A stretch of 64,000 bases of DNA, taken from Octopus bimaculoides. Taxonomy: Eukaryota. Below, one piece after another: positions 12,160-23,118 of the stretch; within the stretch, counting starts at the first letter, position 1, and every line of letters starts with the position of its first letter. Where the stretch lies: positions 173,707,644-173,771,643 of the forward strand of contig NC_068981.1 in the NCBI RefSeq assembly GCF_001194135.2, given 5' to 3'. Both the position numbers and the translations under genes were made by a program. Below the pieces are notes generated by a model that saw only the letters and a list, made by a program, of their open reading frames with translations, was not told the origin of the DNA and did no database searches.

Positions 12160-12622
12160 TGATGCAGTCCACAGATGCAGTACCTGGATAAACCATACCT
12201 GTTTCTGCTTGAGGACACGAAACTCAGCTTGCGAAAACTTATTGGGGCAAGCGAAAGCGAAATCGGGATAGCACCTGTGCCCAGCGTCGCCTTTCTGGCA
12301 CTTGTGCCCGTGACATGTGTAAGGATTTTCGAGTGAAATCGTTGCCAGTGCCCCTGGACTGGCTCTTGTGCGGGTGGCACATAAAATACACCATTTTGAG
12401 CATGGCCGTTGCCAGTACCGCCTGACTGGCCTTCGTGCCGGTGGCACGTAAAAGCACCCACTACACTCTCGGAGTGGTTGGCGTTAGGAAGGGCATCCAG
12501 CTGTAGAAACTCTGCCAAATCAGATTGGAGCCTGGTGTAGCCATCTGGTTTCACCAGTCCTCAGTCAAATCGTCCAACCCATTACTAGCATGGAAAGCGG
12601 ACGTTAAACAATGATGATGATG
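12160..12622 (+). mobile_element. 5'-truncated RTE LINE (3' UTR only) in MRPS24 intron 2
   Basis: Near-identical to 58560-59190 and 19440-19896; (GAT)n tail. The overlapping minus-strand ORFs are antisense artefacts. Confidence 0.9.
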
Positions 12623-13384
12623 ACTACTTGATTGGTATAACATCTTTAAATCACTAAAGAACAAATAATGCAATTTTTATGGCACAATTTAAAACTGCAT
12701 TACTTTATCTCATTAACTAATTGCTTCTCAGCAGACTATTTCCAAAAGGTTCCTTGCAAGGTAATAAATGCTTAATAGAGTTTTACTTGTGCTTTGCATC
12801 AGACAATTCTTCTAGGACTGGCATCTGTTGCCAAAACTCAATGAATGCAAAACTGAAAGGAGTCTATTCAAAATTCTATCAAAACAATATTTCAGAATGC
12901 TCTTTTCAAAGATATCTACAGTACAACCAGATTTCATTAATAGTCTGACTACAAATTAGCATAAAACCAATTCATGTCGGTGGTGTCAGTTCTTTCTTGC
13001 CGTTCAAAGGTTTTATCTTAGAACCTCAACTCCAACTTACAAAGCACTCCTAAGCCAATCTTGTAAAGTGTTGTATATGGTCTAGCTTTCATCACATTTA
13101 GTAGAGTTGCTTTAAACTAGTGCTGATGTTCATTTATACCAAGTAACTAAGAAATCAAAAGAACAATCACACAACAGATCTGACAAATTTCCATCAGCTT
13201 TCAACCACTTTTCTTCACAGTAACTGAAAATTTTAACTCTGCAACATTGTGTTACTTTGAAAGCTGTTAGAAAATAGATACTAATTTTATTTCATAACAG
13301 AGTACTAAAAACTTGGTGTGCAGCTAAAGAAACTAAGTCAATTATATGACATGTAGAAAAATAGAAAATAACTAAAGTACTCAC

Positions 13385-13583
13385 AAGTATTCCAAGAATT
13401 CCAAGTCTTTGTTACACCAATTAGGTAAGGAGGTTGAGATTTTTCATATGTTAAAGGCTTGTCTTGACGGAGTGAAATTTTTGGCTGAGCAGCACGTACA
13501 TTTTTGTTAAGAACAGAAGATTTACTGAATTGTCTTTTGAGGTTATAAGTTAATCCATGATTACTCAAAGTTTGGGGTTTTAA
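13385..13583 (-). CDS. MRPS24: MRPS24 coding exon 2 (LKPQ...RQFSKSSVLNKNVRAAQPKISLRQDKPLTYEKSQPPYLIGVTKTWNSWNT)
   Basis: tttgtttcag acceptor and T|gtgagt donor; 199 nt. Matches the recalled MRPS24 N-terminal motif (human KNRAARVRV...[25 protein letters not shown]). RQF-SKSSVLN fits an R-10 presequence cleavage motif. Confidence 0.92.
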
Positions 13584-13989
13584 CTGAAACAAAGAAATTT
13601 ATTGTAAGTAGATTTCAAAAGAATCAAAATTATTATAAAACCTACGCATGTATAAATTTTAATTCTTCAAATTATTCCTATAATGATGGTGTGGTTCCTA
13701 ACTAAGAAACAGCTCCATTATTCCGATTTAAACATTGAAACATCAATAACTGTTCAGAGTTACATGCTAACCCTTTTCTGAAATCTTGCACATTTTCACC
13801 ATTTGGCTTACAAATTGAACTTACAGAATAAATGTTCAATGGTTCTAATCTTGGAAAACAAGTTTAAAATTACTGATTCTAATAATGGTACAAGGGTCAC
13901 ATTTGAGGGAGGCTGAATATAGTAGATTAAATTAATCACAGTAATCAACTTCCTCAAACAATTAGTGAAATCAAGTGTGAATGATTACA

Positions 13990-15060
13990 AATCATTTAAT
14001 GTCTGTTCCAGGTTGGCATGATTTGGATGCTTTGACAGGATCTGATAGGTTTGTAGATAGCATTGTGCTCCAGTGTCTGCTTTGGCATGGTTTCTATGGC
14101 TGGATGCCCTTCTTAGGAACAATTTTATAGCATGTACTGGGTGCCATTTTTTTCTGGCACTAGCACTAGTGCAATCACTATGCATAGTGCAAGACAAGAT
14201 GCCCTTCAACTGAGTGGCACTACAGAAGGGAGGGAGGTAACTTTATGTTATGAGATTGGGGTTAAAGACAGAGAGGAGAGGCCAAAACAGGTTTCTTGCT
14301 GTAGGGGAGCTACACAGCTACTCACACTACAGAAGAGAGAGTGGGAGCAATCAGGGTGGAACTGGAAAGCAATGAAAATAGTGATGAGATTTCAAGGTGC
14401 ACTCTTAAGACATGAGGTGAGTAGAAGTGAGTGGGGTAGAGATTGCAAGAGTGTATCGGAGAATAAGAGATTGTTAGAAATAGGGAATGGGTGAGAGGTT
14501 GAATGTTATGAAGAACAAGTGTTGAGGAATGATGACTAGAGAAGGTAGGGTAAAGGAAAGAATAAGTGTAGAAACTGAGTAGGATTGAGGGGTGACCAAT
14601 GATACATAAGTTGAAGGGAATCAGGAGAGAAGAGATGACTGACAGTGCAGAAACAATGGTGGGGAATGAAGAGCAGCTGAGTAGTAACAAAAATAAGGAT
14701 ACAATGGACAATAAGAAGAGAGAATGAGCAAAAGGGAAAGTGGGAGATGATGTGTGGTTGAGTAGGTTGTTTGGGATAGAGCAAGCGAATGGGGAGACTT
14801 ATGGTGGATGAGAGTAATAAGAAAGATAGGTGGGTAACAGTGAAATGGTTCCAATAATAAGAGGGGTAAGTGGTATCAGGAAAAAATTGAAGTATACAAT
14901 TTTGCTCACATTTAATTACAGCAGCAGAATTGTGCAGTTTGAGGGATGATGACTGGTAAGAATGTGTTGAAGAAGAAATTCGATGTGATGGGCAGAGGAG
15001 TTGTGCATATTTATACACACTGTGTCTCCAAAATCTCAGCTTCACTGAGGTGAACAAGTC
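13990..15060 (-). mobile_element. Old composite element: ~850-bp pyrimidine-rich body plus RTE-type tail (related pieces at ~20165-20400 +, ~33290-33720 -, ~56760-57140 +)
   Basis: Shared blocks gggtaaccatgtatctcc, ctacagcaaga.a.ac and cttgtcttgca, followed by the gaagggcatccagc tail. Confidence 0.6.
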
Positions 15061-15269
15061 TTCTAAAGAACAGCATACTTCTAGTCATCCCAGTCCTTTG
15101 CCATCTCCATGTGAGATTCAAGGTCCTGCAATCAGCCTTCACCACTTTGTCCACTAAGGGACATGCTCAACTGGTTAAGGTCAAAAACTGACAAGCAAAT
15201 CTGTGGTATTGAGCAGAATATTTGCTGTAGCCCATCTTTTATACCAAGACAAAACAATATACATGATAA

Positions 15270-16710
15270 CACTTCCAATCAATTAAGATCAGAAGCCATG
15301 AGAGCCACTGCCTGGTCTCACTTAGGAAATAAAGCTTTGATAATTTGATATCATCCAGACATGATGTTAGCAAGTGTCTGTGCCTTGCCCCAAGTAATGT
15401 GCATTTCTCTGAGCTTACTCGGAACTGTTCTATCACAGTTTTTTTTTTTTTTGTGGTTGTCCAAATTTTCACTTCCAGGTAATGTCCATCTTAATGTTAC
15501 CATTGATATCCTCTCTCAGGCCATTCAGTGTGTGTAGCCTAGCCATCTGTGCCACTGGAATTTATTCCAAGTACCATACTACTGCAACCAGTTTTGCAGT
15601 ACAGCTCCTCCTTTAACACTTTGCTGTGCCCAAAGATGCAACATATTTTCATCAGGCACCTACTGCAGAAAGAACTAATTTTATTTATGTCTTCCTTTAC
15701 ACTCTCTAGCATTCTAACCCCTACATTAGAATAGACTGTCACTGTTTTTATAAGTTCAATCTTAGTCCAAAGACTTGTAATGCCAAGACTTCCAGATCAA
15801 CCAAAGGCTTGCAAATGCCCACGAGCTTTATTAAACCTTGCCTGGATGTCTGTTTTTGCCCTGTTGACTACTGATAAGGCTTCCTAGATATGTCGAGTTC
15901 TCCATATAGACTAGTGGTTCAGTATTGGCAGTGATAGGTGCTGGGTTCCTGGAATTTTGAGGTTCACATGTTAGAACTTGTCTGCCTTACATAATTGTTC
16001 AGCCTTCTGTAGATGATCTTTCTTTAACCCTTTAGTGTTCACATTATTCTGCCATAATTAATGCTTTTTTTATCCACATTGGTTTGAACTAATCAAGCAT
16101 TATCTCGTAGCTATGAGATTTTGATGAGGTAGCTGTTAATTTTTAAAACCATATTGTAGGGTTGGTGTGAGAGACCAGATCTGGCCAGTTTGAACATAGA
16201 ATAGGCAGGATACTTTTGGCCGGATATGGCCGATTCAAATGCTAAAGGGTTAAGGAGAGGGCTACCAAATCATCCACATTGTCAAGACCTTGCAAATAGA
16301 GAAGTGTCAACTGGATGCCTCAGCCTTATCTGATATGGTTTGTACACATGATCCAGTTGATGATAGAAACATCTTTGTCACACACTGGATTCTACTGAAA
16401 AATCATTTAGAGAGTACTATGTTGTCAATGACCATACTGCATTCAAAATAGTTATAGAAGAGACTTATCAGGGTAATGATCTTCTCAAGGACTCCAAATG
16501 AATCTTTTAAAAGCAAATGACTACATTTGGTTGTTTCTTCCAATGGGTTTCCCAGTGCACACAGCCAAAAGCCTTTCTGAAGTATATCAAAGTTGATGAA
16601 GAAGAGGACATTCTTCTCAAGACTGTTCTTCAATGCAAAGATCTGATCAAGCAATCCACTACTTTTCCTAGATCCCTTTTGCTCTTCCCTCAGCTTGTGT
16701 CAATTACTGT
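15270..16710 (-). mobile_element. Decayed second RTE family (BovB-like) RT and C-terminal region
   Basis: IDTKLREEQ..R...DQIFALKN...FINFD..QKGF...LEKIITLISLFYN.FECS...FSVESSV.Q; C-terminal W..HT..M..ERI...LRWT.PG remnants. Confidence 0.75.
16028..16249. mobile_element. piggyBac-type MITE nested in the RTE relic
   Basis: TTAA|CCCTTTAG ... CTAAAGGG|TTAA. Confidence 0.8.
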
Positions 16711-16789
16711 TTTAACTTGGAGCTTTTAATGGAACTGATGTATTCAGTGACTACCAGAGTTACAGTGAGGCTGAAACACCACAAGGTGA

Positions 16790-17100
16790 AAAATATTGAA
16801 CAGCAACAAATGTATTAGGCTATAAAAATAAGGGATGATTAGCATCTAAAATATAGCAGAAAATAGGGGGGGAAAAACAGCTGAAAGCCAATATATAGGA
16901 CACTAAGTTAATAAATTACAGAAGTTCCAGGAGCAGATTCAACAGGCATATAAGACCAAGGACAAAGCGGTGAAAAGGTGTGTCACAAAAGATTAAATTT
17001 CTTTTGTTGAGAAAGTAGTAAGTGAAGCTGAGTAGGCTGCAGTCAGTGGGAGAGATGAGTAATTTTTATAAGATCAGTAGACAGCTTTGGGAGAGCTATA
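16790..17100 (+). mobile_element. EN-RT linker fragment, probably of the same BovB-like RTE family, inverted relative to 15270-16710
   Basis: TATNVLGYKNK...YKTKDKAVKRCV..D..SFVEKVVSEAE.AAVSG remnants. Confidence 0.65.
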
Positions 17101-17109
17101 ACAGCCAGT

Positions 17110-19896
17110 CAGCCTTGGTCAGAATCAAAGATGGTATCATCACAATACTGGAAAATGCCTGAAAGGCATGATGAAGGAGGAAAGTGGACAAGGATGAAAA
17201 AATTTAAAAAACAGGATCCTACGAATGCACACGGATTTAGAGACGTAGTACTCGAAGCTTTTGATGAAATAGAGGGGGATATAGCATCACATAATATGGA
17301 AGACAACTGGAGGTTTCTACGGGACAACCTGTTGAGGGCTACTGACCAGATCTCTGGATGGGGCAAAGTTCCCTCTTGACCCAAGGTAATGTGGTGGAAC
17401 AATGTAGTTGACAGGGTCATTAGGGAAAAGAAACAGGCATAGAAGGACTGGAAGGATGATGATAGTGGGGAACTGTATCAGACTGCCAGAAGGGAAGCTA
17501 GGAGACAGGTTTACTTAGCCAGAGGGGAAGCAGATAAGAAATTTTCCAATGTTCTGCATCATGAGGACCAGAGACTTGAAGTGTTTTGAATTGCAAGACA
17601 GTGTGTGGGAGAAAATCACGATGTCATAGGAGAGAAATGTGTCTGCATGGATGATGGCTCACTTGCATTTAATGATGCTGCAAGGAGAGAAACTTGGAGA
17701 TGCCACTATGAAAGGTTGCTAAATGAAGAGAATGAATGGAAGAAAGAGAATCTGCCGAATGTCGATCTAACAGAGGGACCAACTATTCAAATTGACAGTA
17801 CCTTGGTAGATAAAGCAATTAAGAGTATGAAGACTGTGAAAACCCTCAGCCAACAGAAATCACTGCAGAGATGCTCAAAATATCTGGCAGTGTGGCTATA
17901 GCCTAGTCACCCGTATAGTTAACCAGGTGGTACATGAAGAGTCATACCCAATGACTGGTATAGCAGCACCATAGTCAACTGCTACAAAGGTAAAGGTGAT
18001 TCATTAGATACAAATTATTACGGAGGTATCAAGTTATTGGATCAGGTAATGATAGTGATGGAGAGGGTCATAGCTCAACTAATTAGGTGGAGAGTCAATC
18101 TAGACGAGAAGCAGTTTGGTTTTGTGCCAGGGAAAAGCACCACTGATGCTATATTTCTGGCAAGACAACTGCAGGAGGAATACCTAGCCAAAGATAAACC
18201 TCTGTACCAGGCTTTTGTTGACATGGAGAAAGACTTTGACAGGGTCTCCCAATCCCTTATCTGGTAGTCAATGCAGAAACTAGGGATAGTTGAATGCTTA
18301 GTGAGAGCTGTACAAGCCATGTACAGGGATGCTGTCAGTAAGGTGAGGGTTGGCAACGAGTACAGTGAAGAATTCTGGGTAGGGGTCCACCAAGGATCAG
18401 TCCTCAGCCCCCTCTTATTCATCATAGTCCTCCAGACAAAAACAGAGGAATTCAAGACAGGATGCCCCTGGGATCTTCTCTATGCTGATGACTTTGCTCT
18501 AATAATTGAGTCACTATCAGAACTAGAGAAGTTTCAGGGGTGGAAGCAAGGTCTAGAATCGAAGGGCTTTAGAGTCAATCTAGCAAAAACCAAAGTCTTA
18601 ATAAGTAGGAAGACAGACAAACCACAAATCCCTTCAAGTAGATGGCCTTGCTCGATCTGTAGAAAAGGCGCAAGCAGAAACTCCATAACATGTACCCGGT
18701 GTAAGCTAAGGACACATAAGAGGTGCAGCAATATCAAAGGAAGGCTAACTGGGAAGATAGTTTTTGTGTGTGGCAAATGCTCAGGAGCAATAAACACTGA
18801 AAATGTGCAGAAAACAGCTTCCGTCACATTCCAAGGGAAAAAACTACAAGTAGTTGATAACTTCCATTACCTAGGTGACCAAGACAGTAGCGGGGGTGGA
18901 TGCTCTGTGGGTGTAGATGCTAGAATAAGAATAGCCTAGGCAAGGTTCAGAGAGCTCCTACCTCTGCTGGTGACAAAGGGTCTCTTGCTCAAAGTAAAAG
19001 GTAGACTATGATGCATGTGTGCGAACAGCCATGCTACATGGCAGTGTAACATGGGCCGTGACTGCTGAGGACATGCATAAGCTTGCATGGAATGAAGCTA
19101 GTATGCTCCACTGGATGTGTAATGTCAGTGTGCATACATGACAGAGTGTAAGCACCCTGAGAGAAAAGTTGGACTTAAAAAGCATCAGATGTGATGTGCA
19201 AGAGAGACGACTGCGCTGGTATGATCATGTGTTGCATATTGATGAAGACTGCTGTGTAAAAAAAGTGTCATACCCTAGCAGTAGAAGGAACCTGTGGAAG
19301 AGGTAGACCCAGGAAGACCTGGGATGAGGTGGTGAAGCATGACCTTCGAACGTTGGACTTCACTGAGGATATAACAAATGGCAGATCCCTTTGGAGATAT
19401 GCTGTGCTTGAGAAGACTTGACAAGCCAAGTGAGACTGTAACTGTGGCCTATGCCAGCACAGGGTAACCAGCCCATTTAAGAGTACCCTTCAATCATTGG
19501 GCAATAAACTGCGCTTGCAAAGATCTATTGAGGCAAGTGAAATCAATGCTGTGGCCGATGACAATACCGCCTGATTGGCACCTGTGCCAGTGGCACGTAA
19601 AAAACACCATTCGAGCGTGGTTGATGCCAGTGGTGCCTGACTGCTCCTGTGCCGGTGGCACATAAAAAGCACCATTCAAGCGTGGTTGATGCCAGTACTG
19701 CCTGACTGGCACGTAAAAAGCACCCACTACACTCTCAGAGTGGTTGGTGTTAGGAGGGGCATCCAGCTGTAGAAACTTCGCCAGATTGGACTGGAGCCTG
19801 GTGCAGCCTTCTGGCTTGCCAGCCCTTAGTCAAACCATCCAACCCATGCCAGTATGGAAAGTAGATGTTAAACGACGACGACGATGATGATGATGA
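17110..19896 (+). mobile_element. 5'-truncated, decayed RTE LINE: linker, RT (YADD at 18481-18492), embedded PHD finger, C-terminal domain, repeat-rich 3' UTR, (GAC/GAT)n tail
   Basis: ORF fragments 17131-17379, 17605-17901, 18037-18267 and 18271-18939 form one RTE ORF broken by stops and frameshifts (QFGFVPGKSTTDAIF, AFVDMEK.FD, GVHQGSVLSPLLF, YADD, FHYLGD). Confidence 0.95.
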
Positions 19897-20499
19897 ATAG
19901 TATAAAATGCTGAAAAATACCAGGAAAAATTCTGAAAGTCTGTTTGCAAATATTTTAGTGACTCTAAGATTATATAGTCTTATATCAATAAAATGAATTT
20001 CTTTAATAGTTCAGGTAAGTATCCCAAATACTGAATCAGGACTTTTATTGTAAATACATTTTGAGAAAGGAAATCTTGTAAAAAGAATTCTGATTTCCAT
20101 ATATCCTAATTCTGTTTGGGTACTATCTTTATATGATATATTAAATGGCCATCAACACTGCCATCCTACTTCTCTTTCAACTAGGGTAACCATGTATCTC
20201 CCTGGCACAAAGCCACCTTCCATAATACTACCCTCACTCAATTGAGAAGTTTTGAACCAATACCACATAAAAAGCACCAGTACACTCTAGTTGGTGTTAG
20301 GAAGGGCATCCAGCCATAGAAACCACACTAAAGCAGAGACTGGAACTTGTAGTCCTTTTAACTTGCCAGCTGGTGCCAAAACAAACATTAGATGAATATC
20401 TAGATATTCCTTTCTCTGGAACTTCTCTTTGGCCATATCTTTCCAAATTAATCTACAACCATGTCATGATTAGTTGTATTGACTTCATACTGCTATCCA

Positions 20500-21370
20500 A
20501 CCCTTCAAAAACAGACAGGGTTATAAAGGATCCATCAAAACATCACATATATTTTACTCGTTTCAGTCATTGGACTGTGACTATACTGGAACACTGCCTT
20601 CAACACAGGCATATGACATAGTGGTTAAGAGCATGGGCTACTAACCCTAAGATTCCGAGTTCGATTCCAGGCAGTGACCTGAATAATAACAACAACATCG
20701 AAAAATACCTTAGGAATGAAAACCCAGGTTCGAAATTTCCCCAAGACACCTGAAAAAGGCTGGAGGGTATATCAGCCGAAACATTGTTTAACAACAAACA
20801 AGATGAAGACAAATATCCGTCAAATGTAAATAATGTAAATCAACTCCATTACTTATTTTTTAAAGTCTAGCACTTATTCCATTGGTTCCTTTTACTGAAC
20901 TGTTATGTTAAGAAAACAAACAAACCAACACTGTTGTCAAGCAGGGGGTGCAGGAGATAGACACACGCCCACACATATATATTATCATCGTCTACTTCTC
21001 CGTGATTGCATGGGTGAGATGGAATTTGTTGAGGTGAATTTTCAACGGCTGGATGCTCTACCTCTTGCCAACCCTTACCTACTTCCAAGTAAGGTAATAT
21101 ACCCCATGATCAGGCAGGTTTTCAAAAAAGACTGGAAACGAAAGACACCGCTTGTATGACAGTGACATTTGGTTACACCTATCACACAAAGTCAAAGCAT
21201 GGAGACAGTAACCAACACACACGACATGCTCCCATACAGTTTCTGTCAAAATTCACTCACAAGACATCGGCCAGTCCAGAGCTATAATAGAAGATACTTG
21301 TCCAAGTTGTGCAATGGGGCTGAACCTAAAACCTCGCGGTTGCAAAGTGAGTTCCTTAACCACACAGGCA
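20500..21370 (-). mobile_element. Fragmented SINE family A copy carrying two nested insertions
   Basis: Tail at ~20550, head at ~21340-21370. Interrupted by the hammerhead SINE (20607-20840) and another minus-strand repeat (~20985-21230). Confidence 0.65.
20607..20840 (+). mobile_element. tRNA-headed hammerhead SINE, copy 3 (intact A and B boxes, mutated core CTGAAAA)
   Basis: A box TAGTGGTTAAG, B box GAGTTCGATTCC, gacacCTGAAAAaggctg...cagccGAAAC, tail aaatgtaaataatgtaaat. Confidence 0.8.
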
Positions 21371-22871
21371 ATACTTAATATTCAGTGAAGATTGTCAAAT
21401 TGTAGAGAACTGGTGTTTCTTAGATTCACACAACAATTTTGTCTGAAGCCTGCCTTCTGAAAGCGAAGTGGTTCTTAGAGCAGTACAAATACCCCCAATG
21501 TGTGAGGAAAGAGGGTAGCAATGAAAGGTCACAGTTTTTAACTAAGTATATCAGCTCGTGCACAGATGGTATAGTTTCACACAACGTAAATTGTCTCCTA
21601 AGATATTTAAAATACTTTTTTCTTGCAAAGGAAGTTTTGTTTAAAAAAAAAAAAATTAAAAAAACAATATTATGTCCTCTCTTAAATATTCTGAAGAAGA
21701 AAAAAAATGTGTGAATACGAGATCACTTGCTTCTGAGCACCTCTTTGATGTTGGGATCGATTCAGTTCCAAGATGAAATTCGTAATCTTACGTCCGAAGA
21801 AATGAATATCTTACCGGCGTTGGCGAAAAGAACATGGAAGCACCGAGAACGACCGTTCCATAGTAACCTCGTTCCATTAGCAAGACTCTTCAATAGTAAA
21901 TTGTGATACAACTTGTAGGCAATCTTTCATTTTGGGTCTACGAGGCAATGTTGGCAATCAAAATTACTCAACTTGTGAAACAACAGTTCTTACGTATGGT
22001 CATTGTATTAGACCAGATTTTGGGTAATACCGGCATAAGTACTAATTCTTAGAATTCTTAATATTTTACAAACTGAGTAATAACATTATCCACATATAAG
22101 GAATAATTGGCAGAACTGAATCAAGTAATATTTCTGATCCAAGAGTTCACGATCATCAACTGTCTAGTTCTCGTAGGGTCAATTGTAAATAAAAATGTTA
22201 TGCTACAATGTCCAAAACCGACTTAATCCTTATAAAAAAAAAGCAATTTCAAGTTTTCTATGGATACAATACCAACTTCATAGCTTATGGTTTATTATTT
22301 ATTTTGCTATCAGCGTTAGCACTAACTGCCCTTGAGCAATGAACCTAATACTGTGAGTAAAGGGCACCTCCAGGCTGTAGTATTCACAAAAACCACCCCA
22401 TCAAAAATTTTCTATCCTTTAGAAACATTAGAAAAAATGAAAATAACGGAGGTGTGATACGATATATCCTTTTGATAACAGTAATATTTAATTAGTAACG
22501 AATCGAATGTTAATAGAGAATAAATAATGAAATAACACAAACAAAATAAACATCCTTTAAGTAATTCAGAAGCTTTACAATAAGCAATACATATGCTTTA
22601 TAATAACCAATCACCTCCTAAGGTATTGCATAATTTTTATGCTTTTTACTTCGCGTAAACATAACAGTAATAAAAGGTTTATTTTTACTCCGTCGATGAA
22701 AAGGACTTAGAGAAAGACTAGTTAAAAATACCGTAGTTTATACGCAAATTATGTTACATAATATAAATTAAAAACAATTATAAATCGCGTATAGAGTGTC
22801 CGTTTAGAGCAAGCGGTGAAATTCTCACAATAATTTATCGAATATGAATGTTAGTTCATTTTATAACTTAC

Positions 22872-22907
22872 CGTTCTCATGAAGTAACTGCAAAAATACG
22901 AAGACAT
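22872..22907 (-). CDS. MRPS24: MRPS24 coding exon 1 (MSSYFCSYFMRT), start of mitochondrial presequence
   Basis: ATG at 22907-22905, 12 codons, then ACG|gtaagt donor. Phase 0 joins exon 2 in frame. Confidence 0.8.
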
Positions 22908-22909
22908 AA

Positions 22910-23100
22910 TTCAGCTTTGATTCCGATTGCCGATCGCTGACAATATTAAGAAAAACGCATGCGTGTCAAAGACACGTTGGTTGTTAGATTGTGTTACGCT
23001 ACTTACTATTGGACGAGAGAAAAATATCAACCAATAAAATTGCTTCATTCAAATTAACTTCGATCCTCGTCTACATTTAGTGCAGCCATTTTGTTTTGAT
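22910..23100. promoter_or_regulatory. Compact bidirectional promoter between MRPS24 and SAR1
   Basis: CpG-retaining. CCAAT boxes in both orientations (ATTGG ~23007, CCAAT ~23031) and a YY1-like GCAGCCATTTTG at ~23082-23093. No TATA box. Confidence 0.65.
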
Positions 23101-23118
23101 GTGCAAACCCAACGAAAG
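23060..23118 (+). other. SAR1: Probable non-coding first exon of SAR1 (5' end approximate)
   Basis: AAG|gtaaag donor at 23118/23119 next to the promoter motifs. The first coding exon has an acceptor only 9 nt before its ATG, so an upstream exon is required. Confidence 0.55.

Noticed and set aside
12063-12554. 163-aa ORF MKPDGYTRLQSDLAEFLQLDALPNANH... and its relatives at 34161, 36133 and 58782
   Set aside because: Antisense reading of the RTE 3' UTR; recurs wherever the tail occurs, with frame-breaking differences.
20640-20652. Telomerase RNA template (CTAACCCTAA)
   Set aside because: Part of the anticodon-like region of the SINE head; the other copies differ (CTAACCCCAA, CTAACCTCAA).
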